Source: an uncultured virus (IMG/VR IMGVR_UViG_2757320830_000006) (lineage: Duplodnaviria; Heunggongvirae; Uroviricota; Caudoviricetes). From it: a stretch of DNA of 64,000 nucleotides. The stretch lies in the IMG/VR virus record IMGVR_UViG_2757320830_000006, one strand, 5' to 3'. The notes beneath the pieces are model-generated. The model saw only the letters and a list, made by a program, of their open reading frames with translations. It was not told the origin of the DNA and ran no database searches. Position numbers and translations under genes: made by a program. Of this stretch, positions 59,039 through 64,000 are shown one piece after another (position 1 is the stretch's first letter; the number at the start of each line of letters is the position of its first letter).

Positions 59039-61509
59039 GTCTGGATATTCTCAAAGGCCGCAAATGCATGGTCTGGACGTTCATGGGAAACGCGAGGATG
59101 TACACCGCCCTCAAAAAATACGGGGATCGCCTGTCACAGGTCGGTCTCTTCTCCTTCAAGGTGGGCGCCACCGGGACGATCACGGAATCCGGCGTGGCAA
59201 TCAGCGACATGCTCACCTACGTGAACAAGTACCCGCACATCACATGGCTCCTGACCGTCCGGAACGACGGAACATCCAGCGTGTTCACCGCACTCCGGGA
59301 AAACACGGACGGCGCGCAGGACACGTTCCTGACGGAACTCGTGCGAATCATGGAGAAATACCCGTGGTGCGCGGGCGTCGACATCGACCTCGAGCGGGGC
59401 GGCGACTATTCCACGCACACCAAGTCCACTGCCCTGTTCCGGAACATCTGGAACACTGTCAAAGCCTATGACAGCAAGAAGAAGGTCAACATCTGCCTTC
59501 CCGGCATGAACTCGGTGAACGGATCGGTCGGCGGCGAGAACTGGTGCGTCTATGCGGATCTGGACCCGTACTGCGACACGGCGGCCATCATGAGCTACGG
59601 CATGGCGTGGGCAGGCTCCGCTCCCGGTCCCGTGTCCCCGAAGGACTGGCTGGACGGAATCTACGACTACGCCTCCCGCGTCATGACACCGGCCAAAGTG
59701 TTCATGGGGCTTCCCGCCTACGGATGGAACTGGCAGATCTACGACACGCCGGAGAACCTCGGCGAAACCTACCGGGGCGTCTCCAACACCTACTATGCGG
59801 CGAAGAACTGGATGACCGGCAAGTACAACTTCACGGACGACAATGCCCCTCAGCCATTCATCCCGATCCTCGCGTACTGGGACGACTACAACAAGGTGCC
59901 CTACGCCTTCCCGCAGGTCTACGACTTCATGGAAGGCCGCGACGCCGCGAGCTATGAGTACCCGCAGCTGAACGGCACCTACAACCGGCATCATTACCTG
60001 ACCGCTTTCAGCAAGCAGCAGAAAGCCACGTTCGGCACGATCTATGTGGACCGCGACGGGACACCGGACAGCTACTCCGGCATCGTATCCAGTGAAAACG
60101 GCATCGCCGTCATGGGCGACGACGGGAGCGCGACCTACCGTTTCACCATCCCGTCCCCCGGTACCTACGACATTGCCGTAAAACTCTGCTATCCCTTCTG
60201 GGACAAGAACGGCATCTACGTGTCAATTGACGGATCGCAGAGTCATTTCACGGAGTTCCGTCTGTGGTGGCCGTACTGGAGAAGCACCTTCTGGGCGAGG
60301 CTCGCGGACGGGATGACGCTTTCCGCCGGGTCGCACACCATCACGGTGTCGGTTGACGTGAAGGGCGTGCAGTTCTACGGGTTCCGCGTCTGCTCGACGT
60401 TTTCCGAAGCGCCGTCCGCGGGCTCCGCATCCTTCACGCTCTCTCCCCGGAAGTTCATCGACGTGGACGGGAACGAATGCCAGCCGGACAAGGGCTTCAA
60501 GCTCACGACCGAGGTGCTCCGCAGGAAACCCGACTCCGCGCTCATCTGGTACGCGGACTTCGAGGACTACGGCATGCTCGACACCGGCTACTGGCAGACA
60601 CTGTCCGGCTCGTGGAAGATCTGGCGGGAGGACGAATACTCCGAGGAGCGCGTCTACTCGCAGCTTGACGGAAGCGGTAAATTCGCATGGAACTACGACG
60701 GCTTCCGCGACATCCACCTGCGGGCGCGTCTCGCGTTCCCCTCCGGGAGCACCGGGCGCGCCGGCGTCTTCTGCGGGAGTCTGTTCTGCTGCCTGAACCA
60801 CGACACGCAGGCCGTGGAGCTCTGGAACGGAAGCACAAAACTCGGAAGCTACAGCCAGAGCATCAGCCCGACAAGAACAACCGACCTTCGGGCCGATCCC
60901 ACGATGTACACCATCGAGATGCGGATCCGGGGAAGCACGGTGCGCGTCTATTCCGGCGCGTCCTACACGCTCCGCTTCACCGCGAGCGTCAGTGGATTCA
61001 CCGGCGGCGAGGCGGGATACCAGAGCGACAACCGGACCGTGTGTGAGCTTCTCCGCATGGGCGATGCATGGACCTACGAGCCATACGAGCGCTTTGATGT
61101 CACGTTCCCTGACGGCACCGTCACGCAGTACGGCAGGATCAGCCGCACGGACTGCACATGGGACGATGAGTTCCAGGTGTTCACGCTGACCTCCGACGTG
61201 GAGGAGCCCGACACGAGAAGCGAATCCATCTCGATGGACTACGAGTTCTACCATTCGGCGCAGCTCAGCCTCGAATGCGGAAACGACTACACGGTTACCA
61301 TCACGCCGCTGGACATCAACATCTGGCTGTCGCGCCTGTTCCTCGGAGACGCGGACGGGTTTTCGATCCTCTACTACCAGGACGTGGACTCGCTCGTCTA
61401 CTGGGCGAATCAGGCGGCCTACCGGTGGGGACTTCGCGGGATCGCGATCTGGTCCCTCGGACAGGAGGATCTCAGGCTCTGGGAGGCGCTCCCAAGGCAA
61501 ACCGGATAA
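59035..61509 (+). CDS. GH18 glycoside hydrolase with inserted beta-rich domains
   Basis: Catalytic 'GVDIDLE', 'IMSY', 'MGLPAYGWNW', C-terminal 'GLRGIAIWSLGQED'. Confidence 0.88.
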   Translation: MSLDILKGRKCMVWTFMGNARMYTALKKYGDRLSQVGLFSFKVGATGTITESGVAISDMLTYVNKYPHITWLLTVRNDGTSSVFTALRENTDGAQDTFLTELVRIMEKYPWCAGVDIDLERGGDYSTHTKSTALFRNIWNTVKAYDSKKKVNICLPGMNSVNGSVGGENWCVYADLDPYCDTAAIMSYGMAWAGSAPGPVSPKDWLDGIYDYASRVMTPAKVFMGLPAYGWNWQIYDTPENLGETYRGVSNTYYAAKNWMTGKYNFTDDNAPQPFIPILAYWDDYNKVPYAFPQVYDFMEGRDAASYEYPQLNGTYNRHHYLTAFSKQQKATFGTIYVDRDGTPDSYSGIVSSENGIAVMGDDGSATYRFTIPSPGTYDIAVKLCYPFWDKNGIYVSIDGSQSHFTEFRLWWPYWRSTFWARLADGMTLSAGSHTITVSVDVKGVQFYGFRVCSTFSEAPSAGSASFTLSPRKFIDVDGNECQPDKGFKLTTEVLRRKPDSALIWYADFEDYGMLDTGYWQTLSGSWKIWREDEYSEERVYSQLDGSGKFAWNYDGFRDIHLRARLAFPSGSTGRAGVFCGSLFCCLNHDTQAVELWNGSTKLGSYSQSISPTRTTDLRADPTMYTIEMRIRGSTVRVYSGASYTLRFTASVSGFTGGEAGYQSDNRTVCELLRMGDAWTYEPYERFDVTFPDGTVTQYGRISRTDCTWDDEFQVFTLTSDVEEPDTRSESISMDYEFYHSAQLSLECGNDYTVTITPLDINIWLSRLFLGDADGFSILYYQDVDSLVYWANQAAYRWGLRGIAIWSLGQEDLRLWEALPRQTG

Positions 61510-61593
61510 CAGAATACGTATACCTGCGCACATGGCTGCCCGCGATCACGCGGACGGCCTTTATTTATGCCAATTTTCAAAGGAGGTCTACAC

Positions 61594-62004
61594 ATGAAGG
61601 AATTCTGGTCAATCATCCAGCTCATCTTCGCTGGAGTCGGCGGATGGCTCGGCTACTTTCTCGGAGGCTGCGACGGGCTCCTGGTCGCTCTCATCATCTT
61701 CGTGGCCTGCGACTACATCACCGGCGTCCTGTGCGCCATCTCCGACAGGAAGCTCTCGAGCGCGGTCGGATTCAAAGGGATCTGCCGCAAGATGCTGATC
61801 TTCATTCTGGTCGGCATCGCCAACATCCTCGACATCCACGTGCTCGGCCACGAAGGAGTCCTGAGGACGGCGATCATCTTCTTCTACATCTCGAACGAAG
61901 GGCTATCCCTCACCGAGAATGCCGCTCACCTCGGTCTCCCGGTGCCGGAGAAGCTCAAGAACGTACTGGAACAACTGCATGACAGAAACAAGGAGGAACA
62001 ATAA
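61594..62004 (+). CDS. Holin (holin_4 family)
   Basis: 'DYITGV', 'NEGLSLTENA'. Confidence 0.93.
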   Translation: MKEFWSIIQLIFAGVGGWLGYFLGGCDGLLVALIIFVACDYITGVLCAISDRKLSSAVGFKGICRKMLIFILVGIANILDIHVLGHEGVLRTAIIFFYISNEGLSLTENAAHLGLPVPEKLKNVLEQLHDRNKEEQ

Positions 62005-62005
62005 C

Positions 62006-62968
62006 ATGGCAATCAAGGGAATTGACGTAAGCCACTGGCAGGGGAACATCGACTGGAGCAAGGTAAAAGCTGCCGGAATCCAGTTTGCCATCATCAAGGC
62101 AGGAGGCTCGGATGACGGCTTCTACACAGACAGCAAGTGGGAAGCCAATTACAAGGGCGCGAAAGCGAACGGCATCGCAGTCGGAGCCTACTACTTCGTC
62201 GGGCCGAAATGCGTGAACGCCGCAGCCGGGAAAGCGGACGCCGAAAGGTTCATCCAGCTCCTCAAAGGCAAGCAGCTCGAATACCCGGTCTTCATGGACA
62301 ACGAGGCACAGCCCGCCTCCGCAAAAGCCGGGATCACGGAGGCGACGATCGCCTTCTGCGAGACGATGGAAGCCGCCGGATACTTCGTCGGGATCTACGG
62401 CTCCACGGATTCCGGATTCCACGAGAGGATGGACGACTCCAGGCTCACCGCATACACCCATTGGGTCGCGCAGTACGCTTCGAAATGCACCTACTCCGGA
62501 TCCTACGGCATCTGGCAGCATTCCTCCTCGGGACGAGTAAACGGAATCAGCGGAAACGTCGACATGGACCTGTCCTACGTGGACTACCCGTCCGCAATCA
62601 AGAACGGTGGCTTCAACGGATACGCGAAAGGCACGGCAACCGGCAACACCCCGGCAGCGCCCGCGAAGAAGTCCGTGGACGAGATCGCCTCCGAGGTAAT
62701 CGCCGGAAAATGGGGAAACGGCGACGACCGCAGGAACAGGCTCACCACCGCCGGATACAACTACAGCGCCGTGCAGTCGAAGGTCAACGAGAAGCTCGGG
62801 GCAACGGCAGAACAATCCGCCGTCTATTACACAGTGAAACGCGGCGACACGCTCTCGGCCATCGCAAGCAAGTACGGCACGAGCGTCTCCGCCATCCAGA
62901 AGCTGAACAGCTCACTTATCAAGAACGTGAACCTCATCCAGGTCGGATGGCGGATTCGCGTGAAATAA
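62006..62968 (+). CDS. Endolysin: GH25 muramidase + CW_7 + LysM
   Basis: 'GIDVSHWQG', 'D.E', 'IASEVIAGKWGNG..R', 'YTVKRGDTLSAIA'. Confidence 0.95.
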   Translation: MAIKGIDVSHWQGNIDWSKVKAAGIQFAIIKAGGSDDGFYTDSKWEANYKGAKANGIAVGAYYFVGPKCVNAAAGKADAERFIQLLKGKQLEYPVFMDNEAQPASAKAGITEATIAFCETMEAAGYFVGIYGSTDSGFHERMDDSRLTAYTHWVAQYASKCTYSGSYGIWQHSSSGRVNGISGNVDMDLSYVDYPSAIKNGGFNGYAKGTATGNTPAAPAKKSVDEIASEVIAGKWGNGDDRRNRLTTAGYNYSAVQSKVNEKLGATAEQSAVYYTVKRGDTLSAIASKYGTSVSAIQKLNSSLIKNVNLIQVGWRIRVK

Positions 62969-62984
62969 CCACATCACCTTCTTT

Positions 62985-63030
62985 GGCCCACTGGCTTTCC
63001 TTTATCTGGGATTGCCGGTGGGTCTTTTTT
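62985..63030 (+). terminator. Terminator after the lysis module
   Basis: GGCCCACTGGC ... GCCGGTGGGTC followed by T6. Confidence 0.7.
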
Positions 63031-63090
63031 CATTTCCGCTTCGTCAAAACGGGCCTCCAGCCTCCAGTGGAAAGCAGGAGGCGAAACATC

Positions 63091-63303
63091 ATGACGGAGG
63101 AAAACAACTACTACACGGATGAGCGCATCCGCAACGATCTCGACTACCAACGGGCGCAGAGGACTGCCAGATGCATGCTTGATACAGGCCTTATTTCCGA
63201 TGACGAATTCAACAAATTATGCGACATCAACCGCAAAACATTCTCACCCCTGTTTGCGGAAATATATCCGAAAACTGCTTGCTATGTGTCCGAAAAAGAG
63301 TGA
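63091..63303 (+). CDS. Small SHOCT-like protein
   Basis: 'DLDYQRAQ...GLISDDEFNKL...FSP'. Confidence 0.8.
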   Translation: MTEENNYYTDERIRNDLDYQRAQRTARCMLDTGLISDDEFNKLCDINRKTFSPLFAEIYPKTACYVSEKE

Positions 63304-63333
63304 TTGATAGACACTAACAAGGAGGCAGGCCAA

Positions 63334-64000
63334 TTGAAGAAAATCACAAGAATCGAACAGGCAAGCAAGGGAAAAACAGAGCCAAAGAAGCTGCGTGTTG
63401 CCGCCTACTGCCGCGTCTCCACAGACTCGGACGAGCAGCTCGAAAGTCTTGAAACACAGAAGGCGCACTATGAAAGCTACATCACATCCCGCGACGACTG
63501 GCAGTTCGCCGGAATCTACTACGACGAGGGCATCAGCGGCACCGGCAAATCCCGGCGTCCGGAGCTTGAACGGCTCATGCAGGACTGCAAGGCCGGGAAG
63601 ATCGACATGGTCATCACCAAGAGCATCAGCCGATTTTCACGCAACACCACCGACTGTCTTGAACTCGTCAGAAAGCTCCTCGCGCAGAATATCCCCATAT
63701 GGTTCGAGAAGGAAAACATCAACACCGGTTCGATGGAGAGTGAGCTGTTCCTCTCCATCCTCTCCAGCATGGCTGCGGACGAATCCCTTTCCATCAGTCT
63801 GAACAGCAAATGGAGCATCAAGAAACGGTTTGAGAACGGTACGTTCAAGATAAGCTACCCACCATACGGGTACGACTGGGACGGCGAGACGATGGCCATC
63901 AATCCAGAGCAGGCACAGATTGTCCGCCGCATCTTCTCAGAGACGCTTGCCGGGAAGGGAACCGCAGCCATTGCCACTGAACTCAACCGGGAGCAGATCC
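63334..64000 (+). CDS. Large serine recombinase (runs off the window)
   Basis: TTG start after AAGGAGG; 'LRVAAYCRVSTDSDEQ', 'KSISRFSRN', 'PYGY'. Confidence 0.93.
   Translation, partial: MKKITRIEQASKGKTEPKKLRVAAYCRVSTDSDEQLESLETQKAHYESYITSRDDWQFAGIYYDEGISGTGKSRRPELERLMQDCKAGKIDMVITKSISRFSRNTTDCLELVRKLLAQNIPIWFEKENINTGSMESELFLSILSSMAADESLSISLNSKWSIKKRFENGTFKISYPPYGYDWDGETMAINPEQAQIVRRIFSETLAGKGTAAIATELNREQI

Larger units (their letters stand above)
10545..64000. mobile_element. Siphovirus-type prophage with defence cargo (element 2); right end outside the window
   Basis: Complete replication, packaging, head, tail and lysis modules plus a recombinase; left boundary inferred from the recombinase truncation. 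Confidence 0.8.

Noticed and set aside
54963..61509. Diversity-generating retroelement or tail shufflon
   Set aside because: No reverse transcriptase, template/variable repeat pair or invertase visible

Overview
Firmicutes (Clostridia-like) window made almost entirely of nested mobile elements. A host BglG/LicT antiterminator gene and a small pseudogene (1-1.5 kb) are followed by an IS3/IS150-type element (1611-2908) that truncates an older, tail-less HK97-type prophage remnant (portal fragment, ClpP-type protease, capsid, connector, adaptor, holin, broken endolysin and serine recombinases; 2.9-10.5 kb). A foreign 2.4 kb segment carrying an HpaI-like type II R-M system has replaced part of that remnant's recombinase cluster. 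From about 10545 to the window end lies a second, apparently intact siphovirus-type prophage that seems to have integrated inside a serine recombinase gene. It has no visible CI/Cro module. Instead it has a Cys-rich sigma-like regulator behind a long structured leader, and about 17 kb of defence cargo: an ABC-three-component/Lamassu-like operon, a complete type 1 BREX, and an orphan STAS-GHKL gene. These are followed by a PolA/SSB/primase/SNF2 replication module, packaging, head, tail (LamG-bearing Dit, GH18 protein) and lysis genes, and the start of a serine recombinase. The best candidate for an undescribed system is the regulatory switch at 10.8-13.1 kb together with two families of repeated promoter-like motifs. 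All family assignments come from motif recognition and memory, not from database searches.
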